Of a stretch of 49,507 nucleotides of DNA, positions 11,876-24,334 are shown piece by piece. The notes below the pieces were generated by a model, which worked only from the letters and a program-made list of their open reading frames with translations, ran no database searches and was not told the DNA's origin. Each line of letters begins with the position of its first letter. Position 1 is the stretch's first letter. Origin of the DNA: Acanthaster planci (Eukaryota); the NCBI RefSeq assembly GCF_001949145.1, contig NW_019091357.1, positions 1,244,671 to 1,294,177 on the forward strand. The letters run 5' to 3'. A program made the translations under genes and the position numbers.

Positions 11876-14152
11876 CAAAAATACGTCCTAGTTACTAGAG
11901 TGGGAATCATGTTCATACAGCTATACATTTTATCCAATTTTGAGCAAACTTCTCCTTCCTCCATGGTCCAACAGACTGAAAAAGACGCAAAGACATAAAC
12001 ATGTGATAACAGTGGATGCTATCTCTTTAATATCCGTAGTGACAAATGCTTCGTAAGTTGAAATTTACCTACTTACCGAACGTTCTGGGGTTGACAATAT
12101 ACGAGTACATGTATTCAATTTTAATACTCTTAAAAATTGTACAAATAATTCATTGAAAGTAACAAAATAGTAACACGCAATGATTACATAAACACTACTG
12201 TCAACGTATCATATAAAAACATACAAATCAGAATGTATGCACTAAGCTTCTTCAATCAAATGGTTTTTCCATTCTTTTATTTTTGTGACCTTGCTTTTTT
12301 TTATAAACTTCACGTACATTGCACTTCCTAAGTTCCCACCATCTTTCCATGAAAAAGGAACTTAATTTCGCCATCAAACCCTGCAGCATCGTAAAGGCAT
12401 ACTTTAATACTTGATCATCAAATGACCCAATTACTTGTAATCTTTTTTCTTAATTCTCGGGTTTCACTCACAATCAAACTACTGATATCAAAAAATGGTT
12501 ATCTTTGGCATGGGTCAGAAACCTAACGTAAACGAGCAAACTTTCATTTCTTTTTCAAAGACTTACGTAGCAATGCTGCCGTACTGATCGACCAAATACA
12601 TGAACGTTTTCCAGTAGTTTTCACAAATATTTTGTCTACTGATTTATTCCAAATCAAAATCACTTGTTTGAATTACGCGCACTTCGTTCCTCCTTCATGT
12701 GAGAGTAGCAAGCATACTTTGTGTTCATATGCCCTTCAAGAAGTTTAGCAATTTGTAGATTAAGTCATTAAAGACGTTCTTGATAAAGACCACACCCAAA
12801 TGGTTAGTTTCACCATGAGTTCTGGTTTTGCCAAGTTGTAGCATAGCTGTACAGGAGCAGACCAGATGTATTTTGCTTCGCAATTTACAATGCATCACTT
12901 AAACAACTTACAACTTCCAAATTCTTCCTGAGACAATCTTTCTGTACATGAACTTACCAAAAAATAAATTCATATCAAATTAAAGGCCACTAGAATTGAC
13001 AATGTTCTTACCTTTATCATTCGGAAACCTTTTATCTTGACAAAGATCCTTTACCTTTGAACATTTTAGCAACCCTCTAAACTGCCAAATTTTCAATGAA
13101 ATATCCACCTTAATGCACTTACACATAAACATGACCTGTTCTTACAACATGAGTCATGATCTTTCATGGCTGTTCTTTTCCTGAAAAGCCCACTTTCTCA
13201 TCTTTTTAATACTACATGTATCTGTAACATTATGCACCGATGACAGATCTACAATGTGACCAGTGAGGAATCAGCAGCTAATTAAAAATTCCATTAGTGT
13301 CAGAAAATTTTCGAGGCAAATACAGTGATGTGAAATGAACATTTCAAAACAGCTTGGATTAACATAGCTCAGACTTATCTTGTCAGATCAGGTCACATTA
13401 CAGCTACGAGTTGAAAGTGAAGTAAATTTACAATGAAAATACTTGAGGGTACACAATTTTATAAATTTTACCATTTTAAAAAAAGCAAACAATGTTTCAA
13501 AGATGTATCTGTCAAAGTGGCTATTGTGCACATCTGCATCAAGTACATGTCAATGGCTCTGCTGATAAAAGCAATGTAATGTCTTTCATCTCAAAGACCC
13601 TTTATAACATGAAAATATGAAAAGTCTACAAAAAACACAATCTATCCGTTTCATCTATAATAGATAAGTTCAGTTAAACTCCCAAAGTTTTCAAGGAACA
13701 CAAAACGTTCTCTGAGTAGTCGTTTACCACATGCATATTTGCAACTGTAATCGAAATCCTCTGGAGTAAACTTCTTCCACAACAGGAACTACCGGGTGAT
13801 GCCTTCCTCAGGGGGGAAATGTCCACTTCTGATTTCATCAGATCAAAGACAAATGAATGTATCCGTTTGGGGTAGTTTTTAATGTGCAATTTCTGACTAC
13901 TTATCTCTGTACAAAATATGAGATTACCCACAGCTGGCCAGGACCAAAGTCTTTTTGCCATTATTTTGGGGTATCATCCCTGCTACTACATGTCTTCTGT
14001 GAGACACACCCTTCAAAATCGAAGAAACACGATCTATTCATCAGGCAGGTGTTTCAGGCAGGTGTATCCAACAGGATCCACAAAAACCATGCTTGTTTCA
14101 ATAAATAACAAAGATACACTACACTTTCCAGCTCTGAAACTCTGGCAGTCCG

Positions 14153-17100
14153 TTACTGCACGGGACTAAGGATAACGCCCTGTACCAGGCTGGCCTGCTT
14201 CTCACTGGACGCCATGTCGGTCAGTTTGGTCACTTCCAGCTGCCAGTTGGGAATCTTCTTAGCCGACATGTGACGCCTGGCATGCTTGGTCAGATGGTCA
14301 CTGCGCATGAAGCGGCGATCGCACATGGGGCAGGTGAATTTCTTCTCCCCTGTGTGGGTGCGCTTGTGACGGGACAGCTCGTCTGAGCGTGCAAAGCGCT
14401 TGTCGCAGTTTTCCCACATGCAGATAAAGGGTTTCTCACCTGGGCCATGAATAAACGACATTCATCAGATACAAAGCAAAGCTTCATACTGTTTAATTCA
14501 AATACAAAGAAAAACTGGTTCTTACCTGTATGTGTCCTGAGGTGTGCCTTCAGGTGCGAACTCTTAAAGTACGTCTTTCCACAGTTCTCATGCGGGCAAA
14601 CATGGTTCCGCCTTCTCAGAAATTCCATGACTGAGGGCTGCACACTGGCTTTGTTTGCATTGGAGGAGTTTGCATTTGACACAGGTGCTGGGGCAAGAGC
14701 GCAATACTTGGTCCCCGTGGTAACAGTTTGGTCACTCTTTGGTGCAGTCTGCATTAAGTCTGCAGGCACAGCCATCACAATAAGTTTATATTGGGTAGAG
14801 CTTGGCACAGGCTTGGGACTGTCCGCTTTTGTCTGACTTGAGGGCACGGGGACAGCCGACACCTTGCTGGCAGAGAAGTTATTGTCCAATACCATGGGTG
14901 TCTGTGTTGCAACTGTAGGAGCTGAAGGGGGGATTGCACTTGATCCTGAGGCACCAGCAGGCACAAAACGGCACACACTTCCTGCGTTCATCAGAGGGAT
15001 TTTGAACACATTACCAGGCACTGCACTGACAGTACGTGTGGGAAGAGTTCTGGATGACCGAGACAGCTTCTGGGCTGCAGTCACACTTTGAGTACAAGGT
15101 GGCAGTGTCAGTGTCACCAGGCTGCTTGCCGCGCTCGCCTGGGTGGCGGAGGGTTGAGCTGGGGCCACCACGTCCTTGGCCCACATGCTGGGCCGTTCCT
15201 GGCAGGACATGACACTGGGCGTGGCATTGACCACGCTGCAGCTGTCGATTCGGTGCGTCGTCAGCAAGGGGCTGCTAGGAATCGGGGCAGGGGCTGTATG
15301 GCTGCTGGGAAACACAGGTGTGACTCTGGTTGCTGATCCTGTCATGACAGGAATGTGATATTTGCTAACAGTCTGGACAGGTGGGGGAGTCAGAGGAGGT
15401 GTCTCGATATGGCCCTGCAAAAGACAAACAAATTCAAAAGATTAAAAAGCTTTTTATGAAAGGTTTTGAGCCTCCTGCTGAATTCCCTATGATCTGACAA
15501 GGCCTTTGTCAAGTAAAAGATATCAGAAAAACATGGTCATAAATTCGGTTCAGTAAAGAATAATGTTTAGTTAGTTTTATACAAAAATTATGGACTTACA
15601 ATTGTTCTTCTGCTGGGAGATGTACAGTCCATGTCAACAACTTCCCCCGGCTCATCGAGGGAAGACGCTGGTGACAGGGGAGCATCAGAGGGCAGACTCC
15701 TTGGGGAAGGGAGTAGGAGCGAGGTGGTGTCGGGCTTAGCAGGCGGAGGGCAGTTCCTCATCAGGAGCAACGTCTGCACCGCGTCATAGTCAGACCGCTC
15801 CATGGCAGAGCTTGAGGTTGGTTGCCTCTTATGAAAGTAAGCTTCCTGCAACAGATTTTTGAGAGACAAAATAAAAAATGTATGTGACATTAATCACTGA
15901 ACAGCGGCTGCACCTTTACAAGGGAACAAAAGCCTTCTTTGAATTTCAATTGATTAAAGCCCAATAAATAAATCACTTCACATACTACCAGTACCTTTAC
16001 ATAACACGCAGCATTTTCTGCCAGAAAATCCCTGAAAATGTGCCACCCCATCCCCCCCCAAAAAAAAATCCACAGTGACCAGCATAGTCTTGAGATACAG
16101 AAAATCTTTCCCCATCATAAAAAAACTCCAGAAATAAAGGAAAACAATTTATCTACAAAATGGAAAAAAACACTAGGCAATTTTCCTTTTAACCCCATGA
16201 GCTTAATAAGCCTGCTTTATTGTTACATCATATAAATCTAAACAAACCTTAAGGATGGCAATTTACTTCCCCCTGCAATAATAATGCACCCTGATCACTC
16301 CCTGAGGGAGTGATCGATCCATAATGAAGGTATGCTGCCATTGGGCCACATAAAATCTGAATATTCATAAGTAGTACCATTGACAGGCACACTGTTGACT
16401 GCCCATTGGATGACTGATGATGACATCACTGTATTCATTCGCAAAATTAATCATTGCTTGATGAATATTTAACAGCCTATAATAACAGGAGGAAGTTCCT
16501 AGATAAGCAAATTGCACTGGTGTGGACAACACTAGACCTTTGCCCCAACCACTGTGTGTGAATCTTCCAGCAGAACCTTGTGATGTCATTTGAAGCTGGA
16601 AGAACAGACAGCAGGAAAATTTACCCATTTCCAAACATAATTTATTCTAAAGGTTCTAGTGTGCAAAGGGGGACTCATTTGCCAAGTGCCGTGAACCTAA
16701 GTTGTAAAAAATAAAGGCACTATGACCACCAAAAAAAATATCTACCATATTTCTAACACAACTAAATAGGAAAAAATTGTGAGAATAAAAGAGGATAGCA
16801 ACCCTAACAATCCCAAATCTTCCGATTTTACTATGATTTTACAGGAAATATAAATCATTCACCTTGAGATGAATGATTTTTATTAAAGGGACACAATTTT
16901 GATTTTTAACAGCTGCTCTGGGATGAACATTGACAATAATGAGGTGGCGACATTATTGCTGAACTGGAACCCCCAGCCCGAAAGGTCACATTTGCATATT
17001 TCCTGTTGAACACTGGCCTCATCATAGGCGAGGTTCACGCTCACTAGGTCACATACACCACACTTGATCTTTTCACTTCCTGTCGAGAGGCAAGGCATGA

Positions 17101-18810
17101 ATCACAAATTTATGCTGCACCAGATACCAGGTGGACACTTTTAACATGGAGGAAATGGTGACCCAGGTTCTGCAATGTATCTTTTCTCCACCTTTTTTAA
17201 AGTAACAAACCAAGCAGTTTTACAAGCCTTTGTCAACAGGAACATTTAAGCTAAAGTGTGGTTTTATTATATTTTGTTCACTATAAAATGAACATTTTAG
17301 GCATTTCGTATATAGCATGCAGACCGCAGATCAAACTCCTCAAATGTATACAAATACATCATGATTGATTTCACAGCAAGTGTTGACATGTAAGCTAGTA
17401 ACGGGGTGGTTGTAGCATCTATCAGAAGTTCAAATCAGATTTAAAAGTGTCATCACAGTTTTTTTTAAAGCATGTGACTGAGTGCACGCCCCTTCAATAC
17501 AAACACTTCACCTTACGGTGACAGGCACATCAACCGTTTTACTGCTGCCAAGCGCCATGCAAGGAACACACCTCGTAACTTACAATTCCAAAAGATTAGG
17601 CTATCTTGCTGGTAAACAAAGTGAAAAACTTGAATTGAACATCTGACGCAGGTGACAAAGTGCAAACTCTTATTCAACACGACCTCGAATTTGGAGAGAT
17701 ATTTCTTACAAATGCTAGGCAATAGCAACAGAGGTTGACAACAAGGTTTTATTTTCAACGACGTTAGAATAAAGAAATCCTAACTTAAAGACAAGTATTT
17801 AAAACAATTAAGGCCTGAACATGTCCTTTCACCTCTTTTCAACCTTGAAATTGAATCATGCTCAATATATTTCAACCTTTATTAGGCTGCTCTGACTTTT
17901 GGGGGGGGGGTTCTCCTTCACAGGAGTCCCTGGACAAGTATCCATAAAAGGGCGTAGGGCCTAGTTAATCTTAAACCTAAAGGCAAAATAGGCCTACCCC
18001 CAGAGCTGTGAGAGCACTGCAGTGTTCAATCAAACGCAATAGTTCTGGGGGAAAAGTCGAAGCGTTGCAGAGTGCAATCCACTGCTGCACAGCGTTAATT
18101 CCTCATCTTTGGGAACAAATGTGTTTTTCAGTGCACACTGCTAGTGACTGTATGATATGGCTTGCGCTGCCTGGAACCTCGAGGTGAAGTAGAGCTCTTT
18201 GCCTCAAACAGGGATAAGTTTGTAGAAGCATCGTACAGGCTCGGGCTGGTATAATAAATGCAAGGCTAGGTTTGCAGCAAAAATAACATACGTGAGCAGA
18301 AGGATACAGGAAACTTTAAAAAATATATATATAAATAAATAAACAAGCAAGCAAACACACAAAAACCCAGAGTTGTAAAAAAGCTAGAGAGGGTGTTCGA
18401 ACCGTAGGCCTAAGCCCAAAGTCCCAGCCTTTTCAGCTTCGTTGATTAATTTCCTCAATTTCACAAAGTCTTTCACAAACATTAATGAAGGAATAGGCCT
18501 ACAAAACTATCATAAGCCTAGCCTAATATAATGCAGCGAGAGAAAATATTGCCAATCGATTCTAATTTACAAAATGTTACTATTTAGGCCGTAACTGAAG
18601 CCATTTCACATGTTTAAGCATCATTCTTGCTGCAATTTATTGTTTACACACGGAGCAGTTGAAAAAAAAGGCTATACATCACATAATTAGAATACAATGA
18701 GTAGCATATGCTTCTTAAGTGCTTCTTGTTAAGAGATATAACCAACAAAATCTTACCATTGGGAATTTGGCGGGAGGGGTTGAAGGTGGCGAAGGAGGGA
18801 GGGTAGACAT
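14153..18810 (-). CDS. KLF10/11: Kruppel-like factor 10/11 (TIEG/cabut-type), ~491 aa, 4 coding exons
   Basis: Phase-consistent exons 18810-18757, 15845-15600, 15414-14526, 14439-14153. Sin3-interaction-like helix [33 protein letters not shown], three C2H2 fingers ([60 protein letters not shown]) and the KLF10/11-type tail [11 protein letters not shown]. Confidence 0.95.
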
Positions 18811-18939
18811 TCCTGTTCGCTGGCGAAGCTTAGACAACAATTCACCGTTTCTGGCAATTTTTACATTCGAAATCTTGAGCTGGATTGCCGAACATCGCCG
18901 TAATTTATTTCGGGCTCTGATCACGAAGGGTGTGTGTGC

Positions 18940-19050
18940 CGCGGAGTCATTATGAAAACAACAACAGGCAGCCATGTGGAGTTCGGGCAGAGGCGGGTCA
19001 TGGGATGGACCAATGGGAACGCAGCAAATTGGGGGCTTGACCAATCAGGC
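18940..19050 (-). promoter_or_regulatory. KLF10/11 promoter with tandem CCAAT boxes
   Basis: CCAAT at 19010-19014 and 19041-19045 (31-bp spacing), ATTGG at 19028-19032 and GC-box-like AGGCGGG at ~18991, all ~200 bp upstream of the ATG. Confidence 0.55.
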
Positions 19051-22000
19051 GGCCGCTGTCATGCACACGCTGCATGTCTGAAGAATGAAGGGAAGCACGC
19101 GCCGAGTGCATGTGTTGAGAACATGCCTCGACTTTGACAGATCACAAGAGCGCAGCCTCGCCATCACTTACTGGAGCCAGGTTGCGGTCTGGAGAGCGCA
19201 TGACATCATACACTTCTAATAATGATCCAAAAAATTTCTGATGAAATGTTTAGACTGCGGAGTCAAAAGTATGCCTGTTGTAAACTGAGGTTCAAGAACG
19301 GTTAGTTGGTCACACTATGGTGGATTCGAAAGGTGAAAATTTTTAAGGGGTTTGGTTATTCAAGGTAGTGTTAAAAATAGGCTCTTTTATTTAAATAGTT
19401 CCACTCGAAATTCTCTCTTTTCTACCATAGAATTCATACATTCAGATCGTACTTTTAGAAAAAATCTAGCTTTGAAAACAAAAAATGGGTTGTCGGGAGT
19501 ATAGCCTACAGGTAAAAAACTCAGTGGAATGTTTTCCAATTTTGCCACCTTTTTGATTTTGAATGAAGAGCTTGCGGCGCTTCAGAGGAGTCATGCAGGA
19601 ATTCATTAATTACTTTAACAAACAATAATTAAATCATGATTAACTCTACTTACAAATAAACGATAAGCAAAAGGCGCAAGAATGAATGATGTAAATTAGT
19701 AATGTATTTATTTTTCACACTGACATTTGTACAGATGTCAGACCCCCAAAATGATAATTCAAAACATACATCTGGTATCGGATCTTGATCCAACCATAAT
19801 ACCCGAGACGATGGGTAACTCGAAGCCTTGTCAGCGCTCTAAGAAGAGCTCACGTGTGTAAACATGATGTCGTCCCAAATGTTACACAACATGCTCGCCT
19901 CGTGTCTGTTACGCAAGAACTGTTCCACCCCGGCCCACACGTTGTGCTCAGGCTCAGTGCTGATGGCCAGCTCAGTGGATCCCTGACAACAGGACATTTG
20001 AAGCAAGGGGGAGGAAGAGACCTTCCCCCCCCCGCCTTTGTGTTGGTCATTGTTTGGTTTTACAGACTTCTAGGGGGATGTGTTAGGTAACAATAGTCTA
20101 GAGTATGTTTAGGGATTGGACAGGTAAGGGGGTACCCTTCCGTCCCATATCTTCATATCTTGCGTGCTATACAACAGGACCAATGCAACTGAAAGGTGCA
20201 GTCCACTAATTCATTCAAGCGAGAATTTCTGGCCAGCTCATTTGCATTAAAAGTGCCCCCCCAGTATCTTTTGAAAAAGGAGAACATGGATGGCCTCCAA
20301 AGTGGTGAGATTTTTTAAATCTTTTCAGAATCAACTCCCTGGGTCTTTGGGCTTTCATCTGAGAGCAGAATGGCTAAAAAATACTGTTGAAAATGGCCCT
20401 AAGTGCCTTAGAAAGTTAAGGGTTCAAGATATCACTTGAAAAATGGCTGCAAGCAGACTTTGGAAAAATCACTTTTTGGGGTTATTTTGTTTTGTGGGAA
20501 TAACTTAAATGTAATCGGTTAACCCGGAGAAAATTGAAAAGAAAAATTATGGACCGTACAATAATTTAACGTGTGTTTCAGATGCCTCAGGGATGTTGGT
20601 ACGCAAATCATTGGGCCCCGAACAATGCCCATTTTACACTGTTTTCAATGGGTTCTGAATTAGTGGACCACACCCTTAAAAATTGCGTAATTGTGTCCGT
20701 ACCATGTACCAACTTCTACATATGCACCAACCCCAGCCTAAAGTTCCCTGCATTAGTGGTGGATAAAATTTGACCTCAGATCTTTCATGAGCGTCACCAG
20801 GGCACCCCCCCCCATTTAAAAGGGAAAGCAAAAAAAAAGAAAAGAAAAGAAAAAACAAAAGAAACGAAAATAAGAGGGACGGGGGACAAAATCTTAAATT
20901 TGCTCGAAAACACCCCAAAAAAGACCTCTCTCCACTTGTAATGTAGGCTGCATGTGAAATGATCGTCCTCGAACAACATGATACTCTTATGAATTAGTAC
21001 CGGAAATCTCTTTTTAAAACAGTCAACCAAAATACGAGTCATAAAAAAAAAATTTGATTACACATTTTAGATCGATCGAGAGGATTGCTACCAGTATAAC
21101 CAGAACAATAAGAGCTCTTTTAAAAGAGCGGTTTTGTTCGACATTCAGAATTCCTTGGTTTCAATGATGTTTTTCTGTTATGGATTGGCGCCCTCTGTCG
21201 TTACTGCATTCAGTTCAGCAGCGTTTGCCGCGCCAGCGCACGCCGTACGTCAACGTGGGTGTATGCACATGCGCAGAGACAAAAACAGTGCAAATTCTGT
21301 CTTGGGCCAAGACTACCTCCCCTGTGGAAATGTTGAACCGAGTCGGACTCACCTTTAAAGTCCTCCAAAGCTACAACTATAGCTTTCATTAAGTCTTGCT
21401 ACCCCCAACATGGTGAAAGGCATTATTTTCTATCACCATGTTAGAGAATGACCAATATTCATTGGCTGACATCCGCTGTGCATTCGTTGCTGGAGGTTGT
21501 TGAATTTAACCCCCCAAAATAAATACCAGGCCTTAGTGTTTATATATATATTTGCTCTGTATTTCTCGGAAATTAAAGGTGAAATATCAATGAAAATGTC
21601 GTAGGTCTGTCTATATCTTTAATCTCCATACGTAAAAAGGGCAAGTGCAAAACGATTTTGAATCGTTCTAGCTTTTTCCATCTCAATATTTGAAAAGGAG
21701 TTTAAAAATGTTAACATAGGATTTGCCAGTTATTTTGAGTAGACCTACATTAGTTTGGTCAGTTCTAATTTTTAAGCTTTTTGCCAAATGTTGCAGTGTA
21801 CACTGAATAGATGTACCCTGTGACGTGGCGCGCGGTAATGACATGAAATATTTCTTAGATTTTCCGCCTCTAATGCCCCGATAGAGTAATTTTTTTGCCC
21901 AAAGAGGGATTTCAATGATCGAGCTCTCAACATACCCATTCATATTCGAACTTAAATTTACGTACCCAAAGTTCCGTTCAAACTCTGAATTTTTGCAAGT

Positions 22001-22545
22001 TTAGCAGACGGAGTGTTTAGGCCTATATCTGCATTCACATCTTAGCAGAAGTCCATGGACTGGTCACTGACTGACCGCCGTCCTCAGTAACGACCCCATT
22101 CAATTTAGGTGCTATTTAAAATCACAACTGAAATTAATGTTCAGTTTAATCTTTGAATATTTCTTATCAGCTATTCATGCATGAAAATACTTAACATTCA
22201 GCGCCACCAAAATTCTATGAATACAAAATGTCAAAATCAAGCATGTGCACACTTTTAGATTAAATATGTGTAGATTAAATGATGTTTTAACCCCTTCCAA
22301 ATTCCGTCAAAATTAGGCATCTGCACTGGCTTACAGTATGCAGCCAGGGAGGAAGGGGAAGGGGCACTTCGCCCCTTGGGAAATGCTGCCAACATGAATG
22401 TGTTCTTTCTCTGAAGGAGCTAACAACGATGAGCTTTGAAGCAAGGTGGCAAATTAGTTGTAGAGGTTTGCGCTAGCACCATGCAAGGAGTATGCGTGGT
22501 TCTGAAGATAACCGGAGCTAACACATCAGGAAAGCCTGCGCAACC

Positions 22546-22600
22546 CAGGGGCGGATCCAGGATTTTTCAAAAAGGGTGGGGCGTGGATCCAGGATTGGGT
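22546..22600 (+). mobile_element. Harbinger-like MITE end CAGGGGCGGATCCAGGATTT (inverse end at ~43399-43418)
   Basis: The terminus motif is present here and as its reverse complement AAATCCTGGATCCGCCCCTG near 43.4 kb; probably solo ends of separate insertions. Confidence 0.4.
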
Positions 22601-23252
22601 CAGCCCCATTCACAGTTTGTCCTTTCTTTTTATCCACCCCTGCAACCACCTTTCTTTGGGAGATAAGGAATTAAATAGAGCTTATGACTGTTTACAGAAA
22701 CAAATCGCCCCACCCACCTTCAGTTTCACAACCTGGATATGTGTACGCATAAGTCCATCACCTTTGCCCATAGGCAGCCCCCCCCCTTTGCGCTTGGTAC
22801 CCCTTGCCTATAGCGGTTCCGATTTGTACAAAAACACGATCCGTTTTGTGCCACGCCCCGAGTCCATAGTACAGGTGTGCACCGGGTGGACCTATTTTTT
22901 TACAATGTGTATTATGTCAACGTTGCGTGCTAGTCAGTCATGCGGTTTAGTGTACGTGGTCTCTATACGCTTGGCCCTATTTGCAACTTTGGCTTCACCT
23001 TTTTTGTTCTATTACTACAATTAGACAATTTGTGCGATTTTTTTTATTTTGCCATGAATGTTAATAAACGAATTTCATTGACCAAATGAGGGTGTATTTA
23101 CATGTACTTAGGTTTGAACGTCACATCTCTACAAGCAGTTTTGTGTGGCAGGACGACCTCCAGACAGAACCAAGCCACGATTTAGAAACGCTTACACACC
23201 GTGGGGGGTGCGTGCGTTGATAATTGCGCGCGCATATGTACAACGTGCGCAA

Positions 23253-23287
23253 TATATACCCGACAGCTAGAGAGCGGACAGACAGTG
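23253..23287 (+). promoter_or_regulatory. ODC core promoter (TATA-like element and putative initiator)
   Basis: TATATA at 23253-23258 in a CpG-rich patch, ACAGT ~30 nt downstream, and exon 1 ending at a canonical GTAAGT donor (23399). Confidence 0.55.
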
Positions 23288-23309
23288 CCAGCATTTCCCT
23301 GCAGAATTC

Positions 23310-23330
23310 ATGATTTCTACCCTTTCGTGA
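23310..23330 (+). CDS. Short AUG uORF MISTLS* in ODC leader exon 1
   Basis: ATG ATT TCT ACC CTT TCG TGA in weak context (U at -3). It is only a uORF if the TSS lies near 23285. Confidence 0.45.
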   Translation: MISTLS

Positions 23331-23347
23331 CACCTTCAACCGCCAAA

Positions 23348-24334
23348 ATTCCTCGTCGGCGGAGTAAACCCTTGTGTCCCTCAGAACCCTCAGTATTGGT
23401 AAGTGTAGGTTCAGTCATACTTTTGAAAAATGACGAAATATGCGGCATTTTCCCCGTTTCATTCGAGATATGGCCTACGTTGGAATCCGCGCTATCTGCT
23501 GACACGTGAAGACCGTCTCTGCATATTTAATGCATCCTTTTTTGGCCACTTGTGTCTGTGCAATCGTTGAAATATTCGAGGAATTTCTTTATCTTTAAGT
23601 CTAGTTGAAGTAGTTACTTCCTCTTGGACGCGATTCATTGAAGGAGGGTGACAATATTCCCATGATTTGTTGTTCTGTTTTTCAAAATGTGTCCAGTAAT
23701 TGGACCCAAAAATGGAGTGGTGGACTTGAACGCCATTTTCATTGGACATGTTGGGGGGGGGGATGCAGTTATTTTGTGTCCTTGCACAACCATGATGTAA
23801 TCAGTGCAGTGTTTCCTGAAGATTGGGGGGCGGGGAGAATAAGAAGGTGGGATGTAGAATTACTAGCAACATGAGAAATGCAAGAAGAAATGTATGGTAT
23901 GGAAATTCAAGCAATTTTTTTGAGGAGGGTGAAAATGTTAAAAATTTCAGCACCGGGGATAATCTTGATCATTTCCAAAATTGAGCTTTCTTTCCCAGCC
24001 CCTGACAAACACTGACAGAAGCAGAACAATGCTTTGGTTCAAATTTTGTATTTAGGCCTATTTCCCTCCTTTTAAAGAATCTCACGCCGCGCCAGGGTTC
24101 TACAGAAATTTCACTTTACTGGGGGGTTGGCCTCAAGCATTCAATGATTATTGCGTCACCACCAATTTGTTTCAGATCTTGCATTTTCTTCTAATTATTG
24201 ACAACACTGTGTTGTTTTGTGTTGCGTCTCAACAGGGGGGTTGCAGCAACAAATATTGGAGCGTAGAGCCTCGCGGTGCTGAGAACCGAGACCAGTTGGA
24301 CTTCAACTTTGAGCCCGAGTGGGAACCCAGCTGA
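23348..24334 (+). CDS. AUU-initiated upstream conserved coding region (uCC) of ODC, 49 codons, spliced
   Basis: Exon parts 23348-23398 and 24236-24334 join in phase 0 (GTAAGT / CAACAG) to give (I/M)PRRRSKPLCPSEPSVLGGCSNKYWSVEPRGAENRDQLDFNFEPEWEPS*. The start context is GCCAAAATT. Both ends resemble the vertebrate AZIN1 uCC as recalled (basic N-terminus; C-terminus ..FDFNAEPPWEPS*). Confidence 0.9.

Noticed and set aside
16293..16315. Palindrome GATCACTCCCT-G-AGGGAGTGATC (also an 18-bp palindrome at 1263-1280)
   Set aside because: Isolated short palindromes with no supporting context; likely TE scars or chance.
19106..19128. p53 response element upstream of KLF
   Set aside because: Only one good half-site (GAACATGCCT); the partner has two mismatches, so it could easily be chance.
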